IMG/VR virus record: IMGVR_UViG_2667527228_000001
Location: 23,736-87,735 of that record
DNA: 64,000 bases
DNA from: a virus
Taxonomy: Duplodnaviria > Caudoviricetes
Strand: one strand, 5' to 3'
Program-made: the position numbers and the translations under genes
The notes under the pieces: model-generated
The model's database searches: none
What the model saw: the letters and a program-made list of their open reading frames with translations, nothing else
Told to the model about the DNA's origin: nothing
In this document: piece by piece, positions 1-9,674 of the stretch
Layout: each line of letters opens with the position of its first letter
How positions within the stretch are numbered: the stretch's first letter is position 1

Positions 1-1
1 C

Positions 2-304
2 ATCACGCTGGCTGCCGACTACTGCGATCAGTGCAGCGACCTTGAGTTCTGTGCCCTGATCGAGCACGAGCTCTACCACATCGCCCAGGCGACGGATAAG
101 TACGGCCAGCCAGCTTTCACCGAGGAAGGCATGCCCAAGCTCAAGATACGTGGACACGACGTGGAAGAGTTCGTCGGAGTGGTTCGCCGCTACGGTGCGA
201 GTCATGACGTTCAAGCGTTGGTGGATGCAGCGAACAGTCCTGCCGAGGTGGGGAAATTGAACATTGCGAGGGCCTGCGGAACCTGCCTGCTGAAGCTGGC
301 CTGA
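2..304 (+). CDS. Phage putative metallopeptidase, 5'-truncated by window edge
   Basis: Manual translation ITLAADYC...EHELYHI...GHDVEEF...CGTCLLKLA*; HExxH motif; not in ORF track. Confidence 0.8.
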   Translation: MTLAADYCDQCSDLEFCALIEHELYHIAQATDKYGQPAFTEEGMPKLKIRGHDVEEFVGVVRRYGASHDVQALVDAANSPAEVGKLNIARACGTCLLKLA

Positions 305-335
305 TATCAGACAGGCATCGGACAGGTGAGAATCT

Positions 336-812
336 ATGGCAGTCCTCCAGCGTGAGGTGAAGGCTTTTATCGTTCAGGCCTTGGCGTGCTTCGACACACC
401 TTCCCAGGTGGCTGAGGCAGTCCAGAAAGAATTCGGCTTGACGATCACTCGGCAGCAGGTCGAATCACACGACCCGACGAAGACATCAGGGAAGTGCCTG
501 GCCAAGCGCTGGGTGACCCTGTTCCACGACACCCGCCAGCGATTCCGAGACGACACCGCAGACATACCGATTGCCAACCGGGCGTTCCGTCTGCGTGCCC
601 TTGGCCGAATGGCTGAACGCGCTGAAAGCATCAAGAACCTTGCACTGGCCGCACAACTCATGGAGCAGGCAGCCAAAGAGACTGGCGGGGCATACACGAA
701 CAAGCAACAGGTGGATTTGAGTTCCGCTGATGGCTCGATGAGTCCCAAGGCGGCGCCAACCGGAGTAGATGCGGCCCTCGTTAAGGCCCTGGTAGACAAG
801 CTGGTTGACTGA
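336..812 (+). CDS. terS: Terminase small subunit (DUF2280-like)
   Basis: Directly upstream of and overlapping terL; FIVQALACFDTPSQVA motif. Confidence 0.8.
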   Translation: MAVLQREVKAFIVQALACFDTPSQVAEAVQKEFGLTITRQQVESHDPTKTSGKCLAKRWVTLFHDTRQRFRDDTADIPIANRAFRLRALGRMAERAESIKNLALAAQLMEQAAKETGGAYTNKQQVDLSSADGSMSPKAAPTGVDAALVKALVDKLVD

Positions 813-2362
813 TGGCTATCAAACCGATCGAGTGGGACACGCTTTCCGTTGACGAGCGTGCCGCCTTGATCGCAGCGGGCGAGCATAGCCCTCTGGCCTT
901 CACCAGCCTCTGGTTCAACATCACCCAGGGCGACAGCTTCAGAACGAACTGGCACCACCACTACTTCGACTACGCCGCCCGTAAGATGCTTGCCGGCGAA
1001 GCGCAGAACATCGTCGTCAACATTCCACCAGGTGGCACCAAGACCGAGTTCTGGTCGGTGCACCTGCCGGTCTACACGATGGTCAAGCACCGCCGGGTGC
1101 GCATCCTCAACACCAGCTACTCCAAGAACCTGGTCGACGAGAACAGCGAGCGCAGTCGCGCCCTGGTCAAGTCCTCCGAGTTCCGCGAGTTCTACCCCTT
1201 CGACATCGAGAAGGACAAGGTAGACGACTGGACGCTGGCCAAGGATGGGAAGCGCGTACACCAACTGTTCAGCCGCTCGAGTGGCGGCCAGATCACGGGT
1301 GTCCGTGGCGGCTACATGGGCGACGGCTACACCGGCCACATCCAGGCGGATGACTGGGACAAGATCGACGACCTGTTCAGCGAGGCCAAGCGGCGCAAGT
1401 CTCACACGCGCTTGGTGAACACCCTGCGCAGCCGGAAGGCGCACAGCGGCACGCCATTCGTTGCGATCCAGCAGCGTGGACACGTCGATGACTCGACCGC
1501 GTTCCTGCTATCCGGCGGCATGGGCCTGAAGATCGATCTTCACATCAAGATCCCGGCCCTGGTCAATCAGGAGTACATCGATAGCCTGCCTGACGGCATC
1601 CGCGAGCGCTGCATCAAGTGCGTATGCGGATCGGAGCAGGTGGACGGCTACTGGTCGTACTGGCCGGCCAAGGAAAACGTTCACGACCTGATAGCGCTGC
1701 GCACGGCTCACCCGTACACGTTCAGCAGCCAGTACATGCAGAACCCCGACACGCTCGACGGCGGGATCTTCTCGGCTGAAGACTTCCAGTACTACGGCGA
1801 CGTAGATGCCGGGGCCGATCTGCCTCTGCCGGAGAAGTTCGACTATCGCTTCATCACCGCAGACACCGCCCAGAAGACCAATACTTGGAACGATTGGACT
1901 GTGTTCGGGGAGTGGGGCGTGGCCGAGGGACGCATCTACCGACTGAGCATGAAGCGCGGACGTATGGATGCGAAGACCCTGCGCCGCGAGTTCGAGGCAT
2001 TCGTCAAAGGTGCTTGGGCCAAGAACGGGAAAGCCAACGGCATCCTGCGTCGGGTCTACGTCGAGGACAAATCAAGCGGTACCGGCCTGATCCAGGAGAT
2101 GGAGAAGCGGCTGCCGCTCAAGGTGACGCCTGTCCCTCGGGATCGCGACAAGCTGACCCGCGCACTCGACGTGCAGGGCTTCCATGCTGCCAAGCTGGTC
2201 TGCCTTCCATACGACGACAGCCAAAACTACGAGTTCGTGTGTGAGGTCGCATCCTTCACTGCCGACGACAGCCACAAGTACGACGACCAGACCGACGTGA
2301 TGATCGACGCCTTGTCCGAGGTTTACATCAAAGGCAAGCGCTCAATCCGCGACCTCCTATAA
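812..2362 (+). CDS. terL: Terminase large subunit
   Basis: NIPPGGTKT Walker A variant, ADD Walker B, C-terminal nuclease with DTA...EDK...DDQTD. Confidence 0.92.
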   Translation: MAIKPIEWDTLSVDERAALIAAGEHSPLAFTSLWFNITQGDSFRTNWHHHYFDYAARKMLAGEAQNIVVNIPPGGTKTEFWSVHLPVYTMVKHRRVRILNTSYSKNLVDENSERSRALVKSSEFREFYPFDIEKDKVDDWTLAKDGKRVHQLFSRSSGGQITGVRGGYMGDGYTGHIQADDWDKIDDLFSEAKRRKSHTRLVNTLRSRKAHSGTPFVAIQQRGHVDDSTAFLLSGGMGLKIDLHIKIPALVNQEYIDSLPDGIRERCIKCVCGSEQVDGYWSYWPAKENVHDLIALRTAHPYTFSSQYMQNPDTLDGGIFSAEDFQYYGDVDAGADLPLPEKFDYRFITADTAQKTNTWNDWTVFGEWGVAEGRIYRLSMKRGRMDAKTLRREFEAFVKGAWAKNGKANGILRRVYVEDKSSGTGLIQEMEKRLPLKVTPVPRDRDKLTRALDVQGFHAAKLVCLPYDDSQNYEFVCEVASFTADDSHKYDDQTDVMIDALSEVYIKGKRSIRDLL

Positions 2363-2378
2363 CCCAATCGGTGACCCC

Positions 2379-3755
2379 ATGAGCAAGAAGGGCTTAGTGC
2401 CAGCAGACAAAAAGCTGGGCAAAGCCCTTGTTCGGGCTGCTCAGAAGTACGAGGCGCAGATCAAGTCGTCGAGTGACGGCCTGGTGAACGTCGTGTCGGG
2501 TCTCGGCACTCAGAAGGCAAAGCGCTCACACAACCAGTTCCAGTACGGATTCCTCAACGACTTCCAGCAGCTGGACGCGGCCTATCAGACGAGCTGGCTT
2601 GCTCGGGCGATCGTGGACTATCCAGCCGAGGACATGACCCGCGAGTGGCGCACCCTCAAGTGCGACGACGCGGATGTGATCCGGGCTGAAGAGGATCGCC
2701 TGAACCTGCCGGCCATGGTCAGCGAGGCAACCAGCTGGGCGCGCCTGTACGGTGGCGCTGGCATCCTCATGCTAACCAATCAGGACCTGACCAAGCCGCT
2801 CAAGCCGGAAAAGATCAAGAAGGGCGACCTGTACCGCCTGCTGGTGATCGACCGCTTCGACATGACGGCGATGGACCTGAACCAGACCAACATCCTGGCC
2901 GCGAACTATTTACAGCCGGAGTTCTACACCATTTCCGCAGGTGCACAGCAAATCCACTGGACGCACTTCGCCCGGTTCGCCGGTGCCAAGCTGCCACGTC
3001 GCCAGCGCGCACAGACGCAGGGGTGGGGCGACTCAGAGCTGCGCAAGTGCCTCGACGACGTCATGGACATCGTCGCCAGCAAGGACGGCATTGCCGAGCT
3101 GATGCAGGAGGCGAACGTCGACATCATCAAGCGTGTCGGACTCTCGGATGAGTTGGCCAGCGATCAGGACGAAGCCATCACGGCGCGCTACGCCCTGTTC
3201 AGCATGATGAAGTCCTCGATCAATTTGGCGCTTCTGGACGACGAAGAGACCTATGACCGCAAGACGCTTGACCTGTCCGGTGTGGCGCCGGTGCTCGACC
3301 TGCTGATGACGTGGATTGCTGGCGCTGCCGGCATCCCGGTGACTCGCCTGTTCGGCGAATCTGCGAAGGGCCTCGGCAACACCGGAGAGGGTGATGACAC
3401 CAACTACCACAACCAGCTGTCCTCGAAGCGCTTGACCCAGATCGACCCAGGTCTTCGCCAACTCGACGAAGTTCTGGTGCGCTCGGCTACCGGGCAGTGG
3501 ATCAACGACTTCAACTACGTCTGGAACCCGTTCAAGCAGCCCGACCTTGTCCAGATCGCCCAAGCCAACAAGGCCAAGGCCGAGACCGACATCCTGTACA
3601 AGGACGCCGCCATCGTCACCACCAGCCAGATTCAGCGCCGGCTGCAGGCCGAAGAGCTCTATCAGTTCGACGACGACAAGATCGCCGCCCTGGAAGAGGA
3701 CGAAGACCTGACCATGTTCAACGACCCGCCAAACGATGGCGATAAGGACGAATGA
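2379..3755 (+). CDS. Portal protein (DUF1073-like)
   Basis: Follows terL; WARLYGGA and GIPVTRLFG motifs. Confidence 0.85.
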   Translation: MSKKGLVPADKKLGKALVRAAQKYEAQIKSSSDGLVNVVSGLGTQKAKRSHNQFQYGFLNDFQQLDAAYQTSWLARAIVDYPAEDMTREWRTLKCDDADVIRAEEDRLNLPAMVSEATSWARLYGGAGILMLTNQDLTKPLKPEKIKKGDLYRLLVIDRFDMTAMDLNQTNILAANYLQPEFYTISAGAQQIHWTHFARFAGAKLPRRQRAQTQGWGDSELRKCLDDVMDIVASKDGIAELMQEANVDIIKRVGLSDELASDQDEAITARYALFSMMKSSINLALLDDEETYDRKTLDLSGVAPVLDLLMTWIAGAAGIPVTRLFGESAKGLGNTGEGDDTNYHNQLSSKRLTQIDPGLRQLDEVLVRSATGQWINDFNYVWNPFKQPDLVQIAQANKAKAETDILYKDAAIVTTSQIQRRLQAEELYQFDDDKIAALEEDEDLTMFNDPPNDGDKDE

Positions 3756-3758
3756 CGC

Positions 3759-4574
3759 ATGGACATGATCGGCATCCAGTACAACGCCAAGCTGCAGCGG
3801 CTGGTGAAGCAGGTAAAAGCCGATATCTCGGCCGAGATCATGCCTCTGGTCCGCCAGCTTGCCCCGGAGTATACGCAGGACGCAGTGGTCACGACTGATG
3901 CCTGGTCTGACCTAATCCTGAGTGCGATGTCCCGACTGATGCAGAAGTGGCAGTCGGAATGGGTCAGTGCTGGCGCAAACCGGATAGCCGCCGAGTTCGT
4001 CCAGTCGTCGCTGAAGAAGTCCGAACGAGACCTGAAGAAGTCGGCCGGCATCGACGTGTACAGCGGCAACAGCGCATTGCAGGACTACCTGAAGGCATCG
4101 GCCCAGCAGAACGCCCAGCTGATCAAATCCATCCCCGCCAAGTACCTGGAAGAGGTGCAGACGCTGGTGATGGCGAACATGCGCTCAGGCATGCGCCCCG
4201 GCTACATCGAGAAGGCGTTGCAGGAGCAGTTCGGGGTGACGCAGCGCCGGGCCAAGATGATCGCCCGCGACCAGACGTCCAAGATCCAGGGTGAGCTGGC
4301 CGAGAAGCAGCAGAAAGGCGCCGGCTTTGAGTACTTCCAGTGGATCGACTCCGACGACCGCCGTGTGCGTCACCGGCACCACGAAATCGCCAACAAGGTC
4401 ACCGCGTACGGTAAAGGGATCTACCGCTGGGACGACCTGCCGCTGAGTGACGACGGCAAGCCGATCAAACCCGGTTCCGACTATCAGTGCCGATGCATCG
4501 CGCGCCCAGTGAGCGCACGCGAGGTCAAGGCCAATCAAGACGCCGGACGCACAGCGCCTGGCGTACTTCGCTAA
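3759..4574 (+). CDS. Head morphogenesis protein (SPP1 gp7/Mu F-like)
   Basis: RAKMIARDQ, W...DDRRVRHRH, PG...CRC motifs. Confidence 0.88.
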   Translation: MDMIGIQYNAKLQRLVKQVKADISAEIMPLVRQLAPEYTQDAVVTTDAWSDLILSAMSRLMQKWQSEWVSAGANRIAAEFVQSSLKKSERDLKKSAGIDVYSGNSALQDYLKASAQQNAQLIKSIPAKYLEEVQTLVMANMRSGMRPGYIEKALQEQFGVTQRRAKMIARDQTSKIQGELAEKQQKGAGFEYFQWIDSDDRRVRHRHHEIANKVTAYGKGIYRWDDLPLSDDGKPIKPGSDYQCRCIARPVSAREVKANQDAGRTAPGVLR

Positions 4575-4599
4575 ATCATCCAATCCGCGAGGCCGCAAC

Positions 4600-5757
4600 A
4601 TGAAGTGCACGGTTTTCGACCGGGCTGGGTATCGCATCACCCAGCGAGAGTACACCGACGAGGGTTTTCTCAAGGTTCCGGGTCGGGTTGCCCGCACCGG
4701 CATTCAGGAGTACCTGGCCCGCGAGCTTGGGCTCGATGGCGACCCTAACCGCATTGTGCGCGTGTACAGACCGCCCGAAGAGGTTTTTGCGCCCGATTCG
4801 TTGAGCACCTACGACGCCAGCGACATCACCAACGACCACCCGAAAGAACTGGTCACGGCGCTCACTTACAAGGGCGTTGCGGTTGGTGTGGTTCGAGGGC
4901 CTGGGCGCCAAGACGGGGATTTTGTTGCTGCCGACCTGATCGTCAAAGACCAGAAGACCATCACCGACATTAATGCCGGCAAGTGCGAGATCTCCGCCGG
5001 CTACACCGCAATTTACGACGAAGCACCAGGCGTCACCGAAGACGGCCAGGCGTACCACTACATCCAACGTGAAATTCGAATCAACCACGTTGCGATCGTT
5101 GATAGAGCAAGGGCGGGCGCCAATGCCCGCGTTTTTGACCACAACCCAGGAGGCAACACAATGCCTGTACTTATCACCACCGATAGCGGGCGCAGCGTTG
5201 ATGTTGCTGATCCTGCGAACGCCCAAGTGGTCGCCGACTCGTTCGACCGACTGTTGAAGCGTGCAACCGATGCGGAATCCAAGGCTGATAAGGCCCAGGC
5301 TGCCGCTGACTCTGCCACTGAGAAACTCGGCGAGGCGGTCAAGGCTTCGAGCGACGAGGCCATCAAGGCTCGCGTCACCGCGATCTCCAGCACCCACGCA
5401 CTGGCCCGCAAGGTCGCTGGCGACAGCTTCACCTGCGACAGCCTCGACGTGATCGAGATCAAGCGCGCCGCGCTGGCCGTGGCCCTGCCGAAGCGCGACT
5501 GGTCGGACAAGTCCGCCGGCTACGTTGAAGCCGCCTTCGACGCTGAGTCCGACAAGGACGAGGAAGAAGAGGAAGACGACGACAAAGGCGAAAAGAAACC
5601 GAAAGCGCCAACCGGTGACACCGCCGCACTGTTCGCCCAGTTCGTTCAGCTGGCCAAGGACGGTGCAACCACCCCCGCGACCACCGATGCCGCACCGACC
5701 CCGTACCAGGCGCACAAGAAAAGCTTGTCCGGCGCCCACAAACAGAAAGGAGCCTAA
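4600..5757 (+). CDS. Capsid maturation protease/scaffold (DUF2213-like)
   Basis: ARTGIQEY, ITNDHP, EISAGY, NHVAIVDRARAG motifs; coiled C-terminal scaffold. Confidence 0.85.
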   Translation: MKCTVFDRAGYRITQREYTDEGFLKVPGRVARTGIQEYLARELGLDGDPNRIVRVYRPPEEVFAPDSLSTYDASDITNDHPKELVTALTYKGVAVGVVRGPGRQDGDFVAADLIVKDQKTITDINAGKCEISAGYTAIYDEAPGVTEDGQAYHYIQREIRINHVAIVDRARAGANARVFDHNPGGNTMPVLITTDSGRSVDVADPANAQVVADSFDRLLKRATDAESKADKAQAAADSATEKLGEAVKASSDEAIKARVTAISSTHALARKVAGDSFTCDSLDVIEIKRAALAVALPKRDWSDKSAGYVEAAFDAESDKDEEEEEDDDKGEKKPKAPTGDTAALFAQFVQLAKDGATTPATTDAAPTPYQAHKKSLSGAHKQKGA

Positions 5758-5759
5758 CC

Positions 5760-6272
5760 ATGCCAGTTCAAGGTGGTAACGCAATCAACCACGGCGTCGC
5801 GTACGCGGGCATGGTCGCTGATGGCGAAGTGTCCAACGGCGTCTCCAAGGTCAACAAAGGCACTGTCAACATCGCTTACGGCCTGGGCGTGGTGAGCGAC
5901 GGTGACGACGGCGCCAAGCTGCCTGTAGCCGCTTCGACCGCCGCTCAGTTCATCGGCGTCGTGAAGCGCGAGCTGAACCGTGCCTACACCCAGGCTGATG
6001 TCTTCGGCGCAGTCGCCAAGCGCGACATGACCGTCGAGACCATGGCGTCTATCTGGGTGACTGCTCGCGTAGCCGTTGCCAAGGATGACCCTGTGTACCT
6101 GGTCGTCGGCGACGGCACCGGCACCAACCAGGGCCAGTTCTCCAACGTGGTCGGCGCTGCCGCCACCCTGGCAGTCCTGATCCCGAACGCCAAATGGGTC
6201 AGCACCGCCGGCGCCGGCGCACTGGTTAAAATTTCTCTGAAGGTCGGGGCTAATCGACATGACTCAGCTTAA
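5760..6272 (+). CDS. Head decoration/cement protein
   Basis: Small Ala/Gly/Val-rich ORF between protease and major capsid genes. Confidence 0.7.
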   Translation: MPVQGGNAINHGVAYAGMVADGEVSNGVSKVNKGTVNIAYGLGVVSDGDDGAKLPVAASTAAQFIGVVKRELNRAYTQADVFGAVAKRDMTVETMASIWVTARVAVAKDDPVYLVVGDGTGTNQGQFSNVVGAAATLAVLIPNAKWVSTAGAGALVKISLKVGANRHDSA

Positions 6273-7287
6273 GAAAATCGTCGTAGCCATCGATGCCGCT
6301 ATCGCGCACCAGATCGGCCGCGATGCGTACCAAGTGACCTTCAACGACGGTCTGCCGACTCTCGATGACGGCCTGGCGTTCTACATCAGCCAGTTGGCTA
6401 GCCTGGAATCTCGTATCTACGAGGCCAAGTATGCCGCTATCAACTACATGGAGCTGATCCCGGTCGACACCTCTCTTCCTGAGTGGGTCGATCAGTGGGA
6501 CTACATCAGCTACGACGGCGTGACCATCGGCAAGTTCATCGGCGCCAGCGCTGACGACCTGCCCGATGTGACGGTCAACGCGAACAAGTCGGTTGTGCCG
6601 ATCGGCTACGCGGGAAACAAGTACAGCTACAGCCTGGATGAACTGCGCAAGTCGCAACAGCTTCGTATCCCGCTGGACACCACCAAGGCACGACTGGCCT
6701 TCCGTGGCGCCCAGGAGCACACCCAGCGCGTGGCTTACTTCGGTGACGCCGCTCGCGGCATGACCGGCCTGTTCAACAACCCGAACCTGGCACTGTCGAA
6801 CTCCACGCTGAACTGGTACGACCCAGCAACCACTGGTGACCAGATCGTCGCTGACCTGAATAAGATCCTGGTTGATGTCTACATCAATTCGGCCACCGTT
6901 CACGTCCCCGACACCATCATCTTGGATGCTGCCCGCTTCGCGTTCATCTCGAATAAGCGGATGGGCACCATCACCGACAAGACGATGCTGGAGTACTTCC
7001 GAACCAACAACCAGTTCACCGCTCTGACTGGTCGTCCGATCAACATCTTCAGCCGTCTGCAACTGTCCGCTGCCCAACTGGCCGCCGCCGGCGTGTCCAA
7101 CGGTAACAAGGACCGTATCGTCGCTTACGAGCTGAACGACGAGAACCTGGGCATGCAGGTGCCGATCCCGTGGCGCTCCCTGGCTCCGCAGATGTTGAAC
7201 CTTAAGGTCAACGTGCCGTGCGAATACAAGATCAGCGGCGTTGAATTCCGCTATCCGTTCTCTGGCGCATACCGCGACCAGTTCTAA
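6259..7287 (+). CDS. Major capsid protein (DUF2184-like)
   Basis: 342 aa, AYFGD...GLFNNPN motif, position in head module. Confidence 0.87.
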   Translation: MTQLKKIVVAIDAAIAHQIGRDAYQVTFNDGLPTLDDGLAFYISQLASLESRIYEAKYAAINYMELIPVDTSLPEWVDQWDYISYDGVTIGKFIGASADDLPDVTVNANKSVVPIGYAGNKYSYSLDELRKSQQLRIPLDTTKARLAFRGAQEHTQRVAYFGDAARGMTGLFNNPNLALSNSTLNWYDPATTGDQIVADLNKILVDVYINSATVHVPDTIILDAARFAFISNKRMGTITDKTMLEYFRTNNQFTALTGRPINIFSRLQLSAAQLAAAGVSNGNKDRIVAYELNDENLGMQVPIPWRSLAPQMLNLKVNVPCEYKISGVEFRYPFSGAYRDQF

Positions 7288-7355
7288 CCAGACGATCCAT
7301 GGCCGCCTCTGCTATGCCCGGGGCGGCGGCCAATGATTCCGGGCGAGGATTCGAC

Positions 7356-7685
7356 ATGTTCCTGAAGAACGAAGCAGCACGACTGATCACCATCAACCAC
7401 CTGGCGGATGGCGTTGAAACCAGCTACCCGATCCTGCCAGGTGAAAACCCGTCGGTCGAAGTGCCGGACGCAGTGGCCAAAATCGATTTCGTGAAGGCTC
7501 TGTTGAATAGCGGTGATCTGCGCCGCGTTGGCGCTGATGAGCTTGAAAGCGAAGATGATGATGAAGGCGACGACGACATCGAGGCGCTGCGCGAACAGGC
7601 AGGCCGAGCCGGCGTAAAGGTCAACAAGACCTGGGGCAAGGCTCGCCTGCTGGAAGAGATCGCCAAGGCCTCCAAGACCGAGTAA
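7356..7685 (+). CDS. Small virion-associated hypothetical protein with acidic linker and short helical C-terminus
   Basis: RBS GAGG before ATG 7356; follows capsid gene. Confidence 0.65.
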   Translation: MFLKNEAARLITINHLADGVETSYPILPGENPSVEVPDAVAKIDFVKALLNSGDLRRVGADELESEDDDEGDDDIEALREQAGRAGVKVNKTWGKARLLEEIAKASKTE

Positions 7686-7727
7686 TACCCGGGCGCCTGG
7701 CGCCCACCCATTCAAACCGGAGAGCCC

Positions 7728-8147
7728 ATGTTAATCACCCCCGAGATGATTGCGGCTTTTCGCAGCAATCCCGTGCTGAAGGCGTTCGCAGATCCCGCGA
7801 AGTGGCCAGACGAGTACATCGTCGAGGCCCTTTGTGAGGCTGGCACCGAAACCGGCTCAAGCCGCTGGGGTGCTCTCGAACTGACCTGCGACAACTTCAA
7901 GTGGCGCGGCATGCAGTACTTCGCCGCTCACTGGCTGGCTACCAACTTTTCCACCCTCGGCTCAACGGCACCGCCAGGCTCCGATGCGCGTCTCAACGTG
8001 GCCCAGAAGTCGGTCGGTGATGAATCGATTGCCTACCGCGTTCCGCAAATGATGGACGCTGGCACCGACTGGCTGACCTACACCAACTACGGCCAGCAGT
8101 TCTACAGGCTCAAGAAGCGCGCCGGGATGGGTGCCAAGGCGGTTTAG
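7728..8147 (+). CDS. Head-tail adaptor (DUF4054-like)
   Basis: KSVGDESIAY...TNYGQQF motif. Confidence 0.75.
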   Translation: MLITPEMIAAFRSNPVLKAFADPAKWPDEYIVEALCEAGTETGSSRWGALELTCDNFKWRGMQYFAAHWLATNFSTLGSTAPPGSDARLNVAQKSVGDESIAYRVPQMMDAGTDWLTYTNYGQQFYRLKKRAGMGAKAV

Positions 8148-8747
8148 ATGATTACTCTCGACATCCAGGGCTTTCAGGAACTGCAGGACGAGCTGGCGAA
8201 AGAGCTGGACGCGCTGAAGTCGAACAAGGTTGTCACCGTCGGCATCCATGAGGAAGCCGGCGACGTTGAGTCGGGCGACCTGACCATGGCCAGCCTTGGC
8301 GCGATCAACGAGTTCGGCGCCGACATAAAACACCCAGGCGGAACGTCCTACGGCTACGCCAGCAAGGCTGCTGCCGACCGCGATGAGGTTCGCTTCCTAA
8401 AGACCGGCAAGGGCTACATGGAACTGGGCATTACCCAAGCGCACACGATCAACATCCCGGCCAGGCCATGGCTTGAACCGGGGGTTGCGAGCGCAACGCC
8501 TGAGGTACTGCTGACCATCCAGGATGGCATGGAGGCCGGTCATTCGATGGATCAGATCCTTGAAGCGGTCGGCGTGGTAGCTGCGGGCAAAGTGAAGGTC
8601 TACATGACCGAACTGAAGACCCCACCCAACGCGGCCGCGACCATCCGTAAGAAAGGCAGCTCAAACCCGCTGATTGATACCGGCGCCATGCGCCAGTCGG
8701 TCACGCACAAAGTGTCTATTGGCCCGGCCGAGGAGGGATTAGATTGA
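8148..8747 (+). CDS. Neck/tail completion protein
   Basis: NEFG...IPARPWL and PNAAATIRKKGSSNPLIDTG motifs. Confidence 0.75.
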   Translation: MITLDIQGFQELQDELAKELDALKSNKVVTVGIHEEAGDVESGDLTMASLGAINEFGADIKHPGGTSYGYASKAAADRDEVRFLKTGKGYMELGITQAHTINIPARPWLEPGVASATPEVLLTIQDGMEAGHSMDQILEAVGVVAAGKVKVYMTELKTPPNAAATIRKKGSSNPLIDTGAMRQSVTHKVSIGPAEEGLD

Positions 8748-9115
8748 GCCTTTCAATGGAAGGCCACATTGATGACGTATTCGTCAGTGTTGCCGCAAGC
8801 CGCACTGTGGATATCGGTGGTGGCTGGGTAGATGGCATATGGACTCCTGGAGTGCCTGACACCAAGCCCTACGTCGTCAACATACAGGCCGCCAGTGACC
8901 GCGAAGTCGATTTCATCCGCCAGGGCGGCGAGCGGATCACCGACTTGCGCCGGATCTACATCAACCAGGGCGACATGCAGCTGATCGACCAGACCGGCAC
9001 CTGGACGTTCCTGGGCCAGCAGTGGAAGGTCGTCAAGTGCGACAACAGGTATTGGCGGAACTACTGCAAGGTTCTCGTTATGAGGATTGACGATCAGTCG
9101 GGCGGCCCAGCATGA
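8744..9115 (+). CDS. Head closure protein
   Basis: Size and position in neck module; TTG start overlapping upstream stop. Confidence 0.6.
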   Translation: MSLSMEGHIDDVFVSVAASRTVDIGGGWVDGIWTPGVPDTKPYVVNIQAASDREVDFIRQGGERITDLRRIYINQGDMQLIDQTGTWTFLGQQWKVVKCDNRYWRNYCKVLVMRIDDQSGGPA

Positions 9116-9657
9116 CCAACGAAGAGCTGTTCAAGAAGCTGCGACCGATTGTGATGCTGGCTACCGGCGTGCCCGAGTGCTTGCTGGCCGATCAGGTCGG
9201 TCCTGGCAGCATGCCTGCGCCAAAGGGTGCCTACGCCACGATCACGCCCAGGCAGTCCGTCAGCGAGCGCGGCCAGGCCAATATCGTTTCGCGCAACGTG
9301 CCTGGCGAATTGGTGGAGGTGGATGTGCGAGCGCAGATCATGTGCTCGGCCAGCGTCAACTTCTACCGCGGCGAGGCCCTGATGTACGCCGAGCGCCTAA
9401 AGCAGGCCAACAAGCGGCCCGACGTGAGCATGATGCTGTTCAAGTCCAAGATCGGCTGGAACAGCACGGACGCCGTCAACAACCTCACCAGTCTACAGTC
9501 GGCCAACTTCGAGCAGCGGGCGCAGATCACCATCCGCCTGATGTACGAAACCAGCAGCCTGCCGGTTGTGAACAACATCCAGAGTGTCGAAGTGGCGCTT
9601 GAGAACGAAAAGGCACGGGTCCTTGAGACCTTCACCGTCGAAATTGACCCCGCATAA
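9112..9657 (+). CDS. Tail terminator/neck protein
   Basis: Immediately before sheath gene; ATGA overlap. Confidence 0.6.
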   Translation: MTNEELFKKLRPIVMLATGVPECLLADQVGPGSMPAPKGAYATITPRQSVSERGQANIVSRNVPGELVEVDVRAQIMCSASVNFYRGEALMYAERLKQANKRPDVSMMLFKSKIGWNSTDAVNNLTSLQSANFEQRAQITIRLMYETSSLPVVNNIQSVEVALENEKARVLETFTVEIDPA

Positions 9658-9674
9658 CCATTGGAGCTCTCGAG

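Noticed and set aside
374-7077. Long minus-strand ORFs (374..1483, 4576..5784, 6250..7077)
   Set aside because: Antisense shadows of GC3-rich phage genes; no motifs or RBS
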